Source: Emiliania huxleyi CCMP1516 (lineage: Eukaryota). Taken from it: a stretch of 64,000 bases of DNA. The stretch spans positions 342,475-406,474 of the forward strand of contig NW_005201493.1 in assembly GCF_000372725.1 (NCBI RefSeq). The letters run 5' to 3'. The notes below the pieces were generated by a model. The model was given only the letters and a program-made list of their open reading frames with translations. It was not told the origin of the DNA and did no database searches. Shown piece after piece: positions 54,530 through 64,000 of this stretch; within the stretch, counting starts at the first letter, position 1; each line of letters opens with the position of its first letter. Position numbers and translations under genes: made by a program.

Positions 54530-55307
54530 CAGCCGCGCTTACGAGAGCCGCGCACCGAGCGCGGCGCGGCGCGATGCGTCCCGCAGGCAGCGGCAGTACA
54601 GTATTGCCTGGGCGCGCGCCGCCCGGCTCGCCGCGCCGGCCGACCCCTCGCGCCGGCGCCGCGTTTTGGCCTCGACGTGTGGTGCATGCGAACGCCGACC
54701 CTAGCTGCGCGCTGCGTTCGCACTTTCTCTACCTTGACGCGAGCCACAACCCTGCCGGACTAGACCGACGGCCCGCCGGTGCCGATGCTCTCAGCGTTGT
54801 GAACGAACGGCGGCCACGCTGCTCATCGCCCCCGTCTCGGCCGGCGGCGGGTCGATGGATGCCTACTCGGGCTTGAACGATGGTGATCCACGTGTCGCGG
54901 AGGATAGATCTGCGCTCGGCGGTGGAGGCGGCGTGGCAGGCAACGGTTCGCCGCCACCGCCGCGCGGGAGGTGCTCGCGCCGCCCGCGAAGGCACTGGCC
55001 ACCATTAGGTTCGCCGGCCGTGGCTTCGCCGCATGGCCGGGAGAGTGAGTCAGATCACATCTGTGTGCCGTGTCGAGAGAGGGGAGAGATGATTCAGAAG
55101 ACGGCTGTGTGCAGAGCTCCTACGGCTTTACGCAGTAGCCACGGTGCGCGCTTACGGTACGAGTAAAGGCACATGTACGGCTCTAGAGAGCGGATGTGAT
55201 GCAATCTCAATAATACATTGTTTTAAAGTTCGCTGTCTTCGTCACAGTCCATGGGCTCATGGTCATGCACTGCTGAAAACATGCTGCTGAGCCTACGGCT
55301 AGTTGCG

Positions 55308-56010
55308 TCAACGCTCAACCTCATCGAGGGCGGGAGCCGCAAGCGCAGCAAGTCGTCTCTCCTCGCGCGCAAGGGCTACCTGCTTCTCCCGCAGCAGGAG
55401 CCTGACGCTCTCCCTCTCTCGCTCAACCTGCTGCAGTTTGGTGCTGCAGTCGGCTTCTGCCGCGTAGAGAGCCTCAACCTCGCCGCGCAGCGCCGCAACC
55501 GACGAGGCAGGCGAGGCGAGCCAAGGCGACACGGCTGCAAGCGGCACCTGCGCGCTGCACAGGCTAGCCTGGTTGGCAGCCTCCTGGTCAGCGCGGAGGG
55601 TGGCCCTCCCGCGGTCTCCTGGTGCCTGCAGGCGAGCCGATTTATGAGCCAGCAGTAGGTAGAGCAGCACACAGCGCTGATGATAGCGGGTGAAGGGGTG
55701 GGGCAGGTGGGTCAGCTTGGCCGCCTCAGACGGGGTGCACGGCTTCCTCGCGTTTTGCAACTCGAGACACAAAGCCCCAGCCGCGGGGGTGAGGTCGAAC
55801 GGCGCGGTCTGGGCCAGTGCCTGCGTTGCCCGAAGTGAGCGGCAGCAGCGATCGCACGACAGGCATGCGGGGCACGGCGCGGGTCCAATCATGCCCGCGT
55901 ACAGTCGCGAGCGTCGGCAGCCAGGGAGGAGCAGTGCAGAGAGGACGTGCTGCACCGCGTCCAAGTTCTGCTGCACGTGATGTTCTTCGGTTGCAGCACC
56001 GCCGCTCACG
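55308..56010 (-). CDS. 3' remnant of a second, oppositely oriented element gene ending in a coiled coil
   Basis: VAALRGEVEALY...KLQQVERERESVRLLLREKQVALAREERRL; probable introns; no family recognised. Confidence 0.35.
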
Positions 56011-56039
56011 CGGCACGCCAGGCCGAGGGTCTACGACGG

Positions 56040-57810
56040 GAGCGGCTCCCGGGACCGGGGCCGATGTCATCCGTTGGCAGTGCTTACAGTTCTCCGACGT
56101 CGGCACCGACGTTCTCTTCTACGCCAACCTGAGCATGCTAGAGAAGGACGTGTACGCCGGCAAGGTCTCATCCGTGGAGGAGGCGGAGGCTCTGCTCGTG
56201 CAGCTGGCAGAGCTGCGCCAAATCGGCTTCCTCGGCGGCGGGCTGCACTTCATCATGCACGTCGTGCAGATGATCCTCTCTGGCCACTGGGACTACGCGG
56301 GTCTCCGACAGTGGAAGGTGGCGATGGGCCGCACGGACTTTGACCCGACCAAGGAGGCGCAGCAGCTCCGCCGGAAGGTGGAGATGATCCGGGCGTGGGT
56401 GGCGGGCTGGTTCAAGGCGGCGATCCGCGAGTTCCACGACACGTGGTCCGACGACTCAGTCTTTGACTTCTCCCACGACTCGTCGGCCGCGTACTCGGAG
56501 CAGTCACGCCTCAAGTCCGAGGCGCACACCAAGGCGTTCCTCGTGTGGGTCGAGCAGGGCAAGGCCACGGGGGACACCGAGTTCCGCAAGCACGCCGTGT
56601 TCGTCCTCGACCTTGCGGTGCCGCTGCTGCTGTACTGGGAGGCGTCGCGGCACTGTGAGTATGAGACAATGGACGTGGTGGAAAAGTACTTTCTGCCTCA
56701 CTTCGAGGTTTGCGGCAAGGACAAGTACCTGCAGACCGTCGGGTGGCTCAAGCTCAAGCCGGCGCAGCGCGACCCCCTCACCAACATGATCGTGGCGACG
56801 CACATCACCAACTCCATGAACGGCGTCTTTGGGAAGCTGATGCACGGCGATCACTTCCAGGAGATTCACGTCAACCAGCAGAACCAGGTGGTCACCCTTG
56901 AGCCGGCGCCGGACAAGTGGGCCGACGAGATGTGCGTGCGGAGCCTCAACCTCAACGTGGCGCAGGTGCTCACCAACCAGGTGGCGACGGGAAGCTGGTC
57001 GCAGCTCGCGCTCGGTGGCGGCGAGGGCGAGCACATCACCTCGTCGAGGAAGCTCGAGGTTGTCATCACCGCGCGCATGAATCGCCGACTCGGGATTGTG
57101 CGCGCCGACCCGCGGCGTGTCGACGTCTTTGTGGACCTGCTTGGCTCCGGTCTGGGGGCGCACGTCATCGAGGTGAAGGTCGCGCAGAGCATCACCAGCC
57201 TCCTCGACCAGCCCTTGGCTAGCTACATTGCGGCTGGCTGGCCGCTCGTCCTCCGACGCGGCGGCGACTGGCTGAAAGGCGCAGCCGGGGGAGCCCTCGC
57301 AGTCAGCGCCAAGCTCAAGGCCGGTGCATTCCTCATTGGCTGCACGCTCGACGCGGACCTCTCTCTGCGGCATGGAGGCGGCGGGGAGTGGCACGAGACG
57401 AAGCACCATGATGGAGTGGGACGTGGCTTCTTGGCCTGCGCGCCTGCAGAGCCGCAGCCAGGGACCGTCGACGCCACGGCGCTTCGCGCCACGCTAGGGC
57501 TCGCCGCAGACGGAAGCGGCACCGCCCCCCCGGCGATAGCTGCGCTGGCAACCACCGTGCTCGGCGCGCTCAGCCTGGACCTGTGGAAAGGCATGTGCGG
57601 CAAGACAGAGGTCCGCCTCCTCCAGGTCTCCTGGGCGCCGCTGCCGGCAGGGCAAGGGGGCGCAGCTGCGGCACAAGCGGCGGCTCAGGCTGTCCTTCCG
57701 GCGGGAGCTCTTCTCACAAAAGTCGACAGGCGAACGATCGACGAGCTCTGGACGCAGCGAGCCGGCGGGCAGACGGAGCAGCAGTTTGTTCAGGCGCAGA
57801 CGAAAAAGGT
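56040..57810 (+). CDS. Academ/DUF6589-like DDE transposase, N-terminally truncated
   Basis: QFSDVGTD...GGGLHFIMHVV...LLLYWEASRHCE...KYFLPHFEVCGKDKY...NSMNGVFGKLMHGDHFQEIHVN matches the recalled D...G.xH...Y...N..G.....D...E...N layout. No ATG or first catalytic Asp upstream. Confidence 0.7.
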
Positions 57811-58011
57811 GCAGTACGCTGTAGAGACACTAGGGGAAGCACGGCGCACTCACCCACGCCCCCACGCCCCCGCACTGCCCCCAGACGCACACCCATAAGT
57901 GCACCCGTCACTCGGAGGAGAGGAGACGGCATGCGAGCGACACGCCCCTGCAACGCGAGTCGCTCACATGCCGCCCAGCTGCCGTATCAGAGCCCTCCCG
58001 CCCCATCGCAG

Positions 58012-59145
58012 GTGCGCGGACGGCTTCGCACTGGCGCGGCGGGCTCGGTAGAGCGCGACCGACCCGTGCTACTGCGCAACGCGCTGGCGACGGCGGCCGC
58101 TGCCGCGCCGGACGTGCCGCTCCGGGCGCAACCGCCGTTGCTGCCGCCTCCCGGCGTCGCTCCGCAAGCGGCGGCGCGCGCAGGGCAGCGGCACGGGAAG
58201 CTGTTGCTCCCGCCACAGCCACAGTCCCTGTGGCTCTGGGTGTCGCAGGACGGGCTGCCGCCGTCGCCTGCCTCTGTGACGGGGTACCCGAAAAGCGGCG
58301 TCCCCAAAGGGCTCGCCCGCCTGAAGGAGGCGGCGGAGGCAGAAGCGCGCGCCGCCGCAGCCGCTGATGAGGCTGCTCGAGGGGCGCAACCGGCAGGGGG
58401 CGCGGCGGGCGGCGGTGGTGCAGGGGGTGCCCCCGCGGCAAGCGATCCCCGGCGAGCGAAGATGTGCGAGAAGTGCGGTGGCGCGAAAGGCCGCTGCCGC
58501 GACCCGGGCATGCCGGGGCACCTGCGGGAGGTCGAGGCACACTGTGAGACGTGCACACCGCGCGGGAAGCCTGGCAGGCCGTGCAGCAGGCGTGGCAGCT
58601 CCGCCAAGGGCGCGCGCCACTGGCCGTCGCGGAGTGCTCCAGACACGGGTGCGCCGCAACCGGCGGCGAACCCCGCCGGCTCGCCCGCACCGGCTCCGGA
58701 CGCTGCTCCCGCGCCCGCGGGCACGCCCGCGGGCACGCCCGCGCCCGCGCCCGCACCGGACGGCGCGCCGGGCACGGCTGCTGTCTCGCCGGCGCCAGCG
58801 CCTGCAGTCAGCAAGCGAGCGCGCCTACTCAGACTCGCCGTGCAGAGAGTTCGGGCGAACCACGGCCGCGGCGCGACCGAAGGGCCAAAGGGCAAGCCCG
58901 GCCGCCCACCCAAGGTGGACTCGGGCATAAAAGCTCGAGCGGCGGTGCTGCAAGGGACGGTACCGCACGCCGGCGGACTAGCCAATGACATAGTCCTCGC
59001 ACGCCTCGGCGATCGCCTGCAAGACGATCAGCCGGCTAAGCTGTTCGTGCGGTCGCTCGACGCGAAGAGCCTGGCCGACGCGGCGGCGGAGGTGGTTGCG
59101 CGGGGCGGCGGCGGCGGCCGGGCGGCGGGCGCGCGTGCGGCGGGA

Positions 59146-59176
<31 letters not shown>

Positions 59177-59574
59177 GAGCGCCTGCTGCGCCAAGCGGCG
59201 CGGCGCTCTGGCCGTGGGCGTTGTCGCGAGAGGAGCACGCGGCGAAGAGGATTAAGCTGAACAAGCTGGAGGACGAGCTCGACCAAATCGCGTCTCGGAG
59301 GAAGGACGCCATCGACAAGCTCTTCGAGCTGCAGCACGGCCGAACCAGTCGGAGCAATCGCCGGGACGCCGCCGCGGATGCCATCGAGCAGCTCGAGGCC
59401 GAAGTGGAGCGGCACAACGGCCGCGCCAAGACTTTCGAGGCGGAACGAGCCGCCATCGAGGCCGATATGCAGCGGCGGGCCGGGCCGCCAGCGTCGGCCG
59501 CGCCAGCCGGCCCGGCGGGCCAGCCGCCGGCGCTGTTGCCGGTGGGCGCCATCGCGGCCAACACCGCCGGCTGA
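58012..59574 (+). CDS. Probable last exon of the transposase gene: Cys/His clusters, AT-hook-like motif, coiled coil
   Basis: Follows ccccatcgcag acceptor; CEKCGGAKGRC...GH, CETC...C...H, KPGRPPK; stop just inside the right TIR boundary. Confidence 0.55.
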
Positions 59575-59638
59575 CTGCCGGACGCGCCGCGCCGCCCCGC
59601 GCAGGCGCGGCCGCCGCGCGCGCCGGCCGGCGCGCTAT

Positions 59639-60311
59639 CCGCGCGGCCGCCGCGGGGCGCGTCGCTGCCGCCGCGGCGAGCGATCGACGAGGGAGAGCAC
59701 CTGCACCTGTGGTGCGCGGCCGGGCTGCGCTGCGTCACACGGCGCCGCGGCTGCCGACGCGTCGCGGCGCGCAGCGCTCGCCGCTCGCGGACAAGCGTAG
59801 CGGGCGCGAGAGTGGTGTGCGCGGGCGCGGGTGTGTGCGTCGGGAGTACACAGAGCGCGCGCGCGGCTGTGTGTGTGTGGAGAGCGCGAGCGACGCCGCT
59901 CGACGCCGGGCGGTGGCAGGGCGTGTCGCGGCACCTGCGCGCGGAGCAGCGCGTGTAGCTTGTCGGCGAGGTCGTACTATCATGAGCTCTAGCTCAGGTA
60001 GCCTAACAGCGGCAGCGGGAGCGCGTGAGGCAGTGATGTGCCCGATATGACGCTTGAACGAGGGCGTCGAGCGCCAGGTCACCTCGGCGCCGAGCGGGCG
60101 CGCGTGTCGCCTCCGCGCCCGATTCGCCGAGCGTGCCACCTCGGACTAGACCCAGATCCCGAGGCGCGGCGCCCGAGGGCATCAGGCTGGCCGCCGGGAG
60201 GCGGCGGCGCCCGCATCTCAAATCGCCTTGAGCCGCCCCATTCAGGGCATCAATCCCCTGAGAGTACTTGCCCCCGAAGGCAAGTGCGTCTGTTCACAGC
60301 TCACGAGAGTA
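59639..60311 (-). repeat. Right terminal inverted repeat
   Basis: Reverse complement of the left TIR. Confidence 0.95.
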
Positions 60312-60719
60312 AATTTCTATTCACTGCTCCAACTGCCTTGCTTTATTTTAAGGCGATTCGAACGCGGCACTTGCCACAGGCGCCGCATACACACGCTCTA
60401 CCGGGGGGCGGGGACTGCGATCACATGGCGTTGGCCGGGACACGGGAAGGAGGGAGGGGAGCGCAAGGGGAGGGGTGTCGCACAAACTAAGTAGCGTGGA
60501 GACATGGGGCACAGGCACGGGGCACCCAACGCGGAAAGGCACACAAGAGCCCTTGTGCGCCAGCTCTTACGAGGCGTACGAGCAGGCGCACGAGGATAGC
60601 CAAAGTGGTCGATCGACCAGTGCGTCAATCAAGCACATCGCTGCAGCAGGAGGAGGGGACCGACCTGCTGCTCTGCGCTTGAACAGCGCACGTGGCGCCG
60701 GACCCACCATGGTCCGCCA

Positions 60720-61971
60720 TCAGGGCTGCGCGAGGGCACCCGCCACCCGCTCCTGCAGGCGCGCGTTGCGCGCGGCAAAGTCAGTCTTGCCGACGTTGTC
60801 CTGCACGCGCGCGGCAAACGCGGTCGCGGACTCCTTGGCCGCCTCCCCGAGCGCCGCCGCCGCGTCGCTGGTGGCTTCGCCGAGGTCCGACGCGTCGACG
60901 GCCGGAAGTACCGACGGCGCCGCAGCCGCGGTGGTGGCTGCGGCGGTGGCGATGCGCGCGACGCCCGCGGCGGTGCGAGACGCGCGCGCGTCGTAGTCGG
61001 CGGAGAGGGAGGCCAGGTTTCGCTCCCCCGCCGCCGCCAGCGCCTCTTTTGCGGCGGCCGCCTTGCCCGCGACGTCCACATCGGGCGCGTCGATGTCTGG
61101 AGCCTTGACCGAGGCGGCGGTGCGGCCGGCTGCGTCCTGCGCCAGCTCGGCCGACCGCGCCGCGACCGCCGCGGCCTTGGCGGCCGCAGCCTGTGCAGAA
61201 GAGGCTGTCGTCTCGGCCAGCTGCGCCGTCGCCTCCCTTGCCGCCTCTGGCGCGGACGCAAGGCTTTCGGTCGCCTCGGCGGCCTTGGCGGCGGCCTTGC
61301 TCAACCTCGCGGGCGTGTAGGCCGCGTCGCTGCGAAGCTCGTCGAAGGAACGGCCGAGGTTGCCGCGCACTGTCGACGAGGTCGCCGCCGACGTCTCTGC
61401 GACGCCGGCGGAGAGCTTCGCCGTCGCCTCGGCCGTTCGCGCCGCCTTGGCCTCGTAGTCGGTGGAGAGGGAAGCAAGGTTCCGCTCGGCCGCCGCCGCC
61501 AGCGCCTCCTTTGCGGCGGTCGCCTTGGCCGCGACGTCGACAGGGCGCGCCGCACCCGTGATGGAGCCAGCGTCGACCTTTGGCATGTACTGCGCCGCAG
61601 ACGAGCTGAGCGCCTCCTTGGTCTGCTGCTGAAGAGCCGCCGCGTCCATCTCCTTCAGCGCCGCCGCCGTCGATTGGATGTCACCGAGCCGCTCTTGAAA
61701 GCGCGCGTTACGCTCCTGGAAGTCGCCCTTCTGGATATTGCTCTGAATGCGTGCGGCAAACGACGAGGCCACGCCTAATGTTGATCTGGATGTGTGCCAA
61801 GCACAGCCGCAAACCTAGGCCGCAAAGTGAAGCCGCACCGGAAACGTCCGGCGCAGCAAGATCGAGCGCGGTGGCCGGACCCGAGGTCGAGATTGTCACG
61901 ATGGCGGCAGCCACGAGCGCAGCAGCTGTGTGGTGTGCAGAAGGAGCGAGAGGCAGCCGCATATACAACAT
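60720..61971 (-). CDS. Ala-rich helical repeat protein (LEA-like composition) with signal-like leader; short intron near 61775-61816
   Basis: Two internal copies of DVA.KA.AAKEALAAA.ERNLASLS.DY.A.A.RTA and of FAAR.Q.N..K.DF..RNAR.QER; leader AALVAAAIV...PATALD. Confidence 0.65.
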
Positions 61972-62214
61972 CCGTTCGACGCCTCCTTCTTCTTCAATGG
62001 GATGGCCGCGGCTCTCCCCCTCCCCGGCGCCGCTGCGCCCGCTGGCGGGCACCCCCCTGCGATTGTCTTGGCTACGTCAAGACATCTAGCGCCGGCTGCT
62101 ACAACATCGGGACGCCCCCTGGCAACGCTAGATTCTTTCTGCGTGTGGACGGACCGGTGTGCGCTGCGCCGACGCCATCGCCGTCGCCATCGTTCTCCCC
62201 ACCCCAGCCGCCGA

Positions 62215-62450
62215 TGGCTGCCGAGGCTACCTACATCGAGGGTCACAATGACATGCGTATGCTGCACTGTGACACGCCAAACGTCGTCTACAGCAGTACC
62301 CTCGCGGCTGCAGCGCAGGAGTACGCCGACAGCTGCCCCTCGGCCATTCACCGCAGGCCGACCGCCCCAACGCTGGTGAGAACCTCTACTGGGCAGGAAG
62401 CACGGCGCCAGGCCGCTTCCGCGCGGACACGAGCTATAGCAACGCGGTGA
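62215..62450 (+). pseudogene. CAP/SCP (PR-1-like) domain fragment with frameshift
   Basis: YIEGHNDMRMLH...YSSTLAAAAQEYADSCPS, then in another frame HSPQADRPNAGENLYW; second half of the domain absent. Confidence 0.7.
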
Positions 62451-62923
62451 TGCGGCTGCGCCGAGCTCGCGCGGCGAAAGGGGCGCGCCATGCAGCGAGT
62501 GGACTTGGTAGGCAGAGTCCGCCCTAGCTCCAGCAGCACGGGGAACTTCGCGTGCAACGAAGACATCTTGCGCTGTCCATCGCGCTTGCGAACTCTTCCG
62601 GTGGCCAACTTGCTGGGCCGAGGTACTCTGCCCTGCCGCAGGTGCCTCGGAACGAACACGCGGGCGAAGAGTCGCGGCAACAGCGGATGTCCCAAAAACG
62701 GCGAGTAGCAGTCGTTTAAAGTCAGGAGACAACAGCAGCGGTCGGGGAGGATGGGCGTCGTTGCTTGTTGTTCTTTAGGTTGTTCTTCGACAAGAAGAAC
62801 GATCATATGGTGAGCAGTCGTCACACGAAGGGGTGGGAAGGTGGCGTTGTTTAATCCGTGTTCTATTTTGGGGCGGCGGCGGCGGCGGTGTCCGCACATC
62901 GCCGCAGTGTGTGTGTGCTACTA

Positions 62924-64000
62924 TTATGGTGCAACGGCGACGGGCGGCGGCGGAGCAGCCGAGGAGGGCGGCGGCGGAGCAGCCGAGGAGGGCGGCGGCG
63001 GAGCAGCCGAGGAGGGCGGCGGTGGAACAGCCGACGGCGGGGGGGCGGCCGCCTCGCTCTCCGTGCCTGACCAGATCAGATCGCGGTCGTGGCCGCAGCC
63101 TGACCGGCGTGCGCAATTCCCCTGCAGCTCCGCCCGAGTACACAGGCGTGCGCCCGCGTCCTCGCAGATGGTCGAGGCCTGTGCAAAGTTCTTGTTGTGG
63201 TGGCACTTGCCTCCCATCTCATCGTCGTCGGACTCGCTCCACACGGAGCACCCATCTTTCTTCTTCCAGCCGTCGATTCGCGAGTCGGAGCAACACCGCA
63301 CCTCGTGCTTCTCGGACGGAGCCGCCCACCGGTCGCTCTCGTCGCACCGGCCAGTCCTGCCACACGCCACGTAACGTGGCGAGCCCGCAGGCGGCGCAGG
63401 TGGCGGCGGCGTCGCTGCCGGCGAGCAGCACTCGTCGACGAGCGGCGCTTGCCACGGGAGTTCGAAGACCTTGCGGAAGGTGCGTCCTTCGTCGCCTGAG
63501 AAGTACAACGCGTAGTGGCTGGCGGCGAAGAGGGCGTGGTCGTTTGCGAAGTTCGGAGAGAAGGCGAGTTTGCCGTTGAAGCCTCTGATGGGAAGTTGCT
63601 GGATGCTAGACCCCGCGCGCCAGAATTTCGGCGGGAGTTCCGCGTTGGCGTCGTCCCTGGCGAAGGGCGTCGGGATGGAGTGGACTTTGTTGATGAAATT
63701 GTACTCGGCGTCCAACTCGCCGCAGACGAGGCCGCCCTCGACGTACGACGCGCAGAGGAGACCGGTCGGCGAAACGTGGAGTCCGTCCAAGCCGAATTTC
63801 AGTTTGCGTTGACTCACTTGCTGGCGGCCGACGCGGCGGAATTCGGAGCCATCATACGCAAAAAGCTCGCCGTCCATGCCCTTGCCGGAAGTTTGGAGGG
63901 CGACGACTATCGGGTCTCCGTTGGCATCCCTCGCGAAGGCGACGTTCGGCCAAAATCTCACGTCTGAAATCTGCGACCAGCTGAGGCCGCTGTCGGTGCT
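62924..64000 (-). CDS. 3' part of a large extracellular protein: Asp-box (BNR) propeller plus Cys-rich domain and Pro-rich repeats
   Basis: STDSGLSW and YFSGDEGRTF; VRCCSD...CSVW...ICEDAGARLCTRAEL...SGCGHD..LIW; continues beyond the window end. Confidence 0.75.
   Translation of the reverse strand, partial: STDSGLSWSQISDVRFWPNVAFARDANGDPIVVALQTSGKGMDGELFAYDGSEFRRVGRQQVSQRKLKFGLDGLHVSPTGLLCASYVEGGLVCGELDAEYNFINKVHSIPTPFARDDANAELPPKFWRAGSSIQQLPIRGFNGKLAFSPNFANDHALFAASHYALYFSGDEGRTFRKVFELPWQAPLVDECCSPAATPPPPAPPAGSPRYVACGRTGRCDESDRWAAPSEKHEVRCCSDSRIDGWKKKDGCSVWSESDDDEMGGKCHHNKNFAQASTICEDAGARLCTRAELQGNCARRSGCGHDRDLIWSGTESEAAAPPPSAVPPPPSSAAPPPPSSAAPPPPSSAAPPPPVAVAP

Larger units (their letters stand above)
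53858..60311. mobile_element. Academ-like DNA transposon, 6454 bp, ~670-bp TIRs, 9-bp TSD, probably internally deleted
   Basis: Termini TACTCTCGTGA...TCACGAGAGTA; aatttctat at 53849-53857 and 60312-60320; internal transposase-like ORF. Confidence 0.88.

Noticed and set aside
60290..60302. 13-nt match (ctgttcacagctc) between the transposon end and the intronic hairpin cassette
   Set aside because: Too short, and the left end lacks the exact match; treated as chance.

Overview
GC-rich eukaryotic DNA, not prokaryotic. GC-AG introns, 10-11-bp intronic tandem repeats, TTAGGG tracts and plastid-type N-terminal leaders point to a haptophyte alga such as Emiliania/Gephyrocapsa huxleyi (inference). 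Two 100-N scaffold gaps lie at 43232-43331 and 44596-44695. Recognisable genes: NHL-BTB protein, F-box-like/Kelch protein, a GH19+GH18 double chitinase, a homeodomain protein, a TauD-like dioxygenase, two 6-phosphogluconolactonase-like genes (one fused to a PAC4/PSMG4-like domain), an FAD monooxygenase, MutS2, a split sulfotransferase/glycosyltransferase-like locus, a formin, a triple-repeat EF-hand protein and a C5 DNA methyltransferase. Three observations stand out. (1) Many introns start with a copy of the first bases of the next exon, followed by a short repeat or hairpin filler ending in AG, often tandemly amplified; this looks like a duplication-plus-filler route to intron gain. (2) A 1654-bp inverted-repeat element with a 6-bp target duplication carries an intact-looking homeobox gene. 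(3) A 6454-bp Academ-like DNA transposon has ~670-bp inverted repeats and a 9-bp target duplication. All family calls come from motif recognition by eye; no database search was run.
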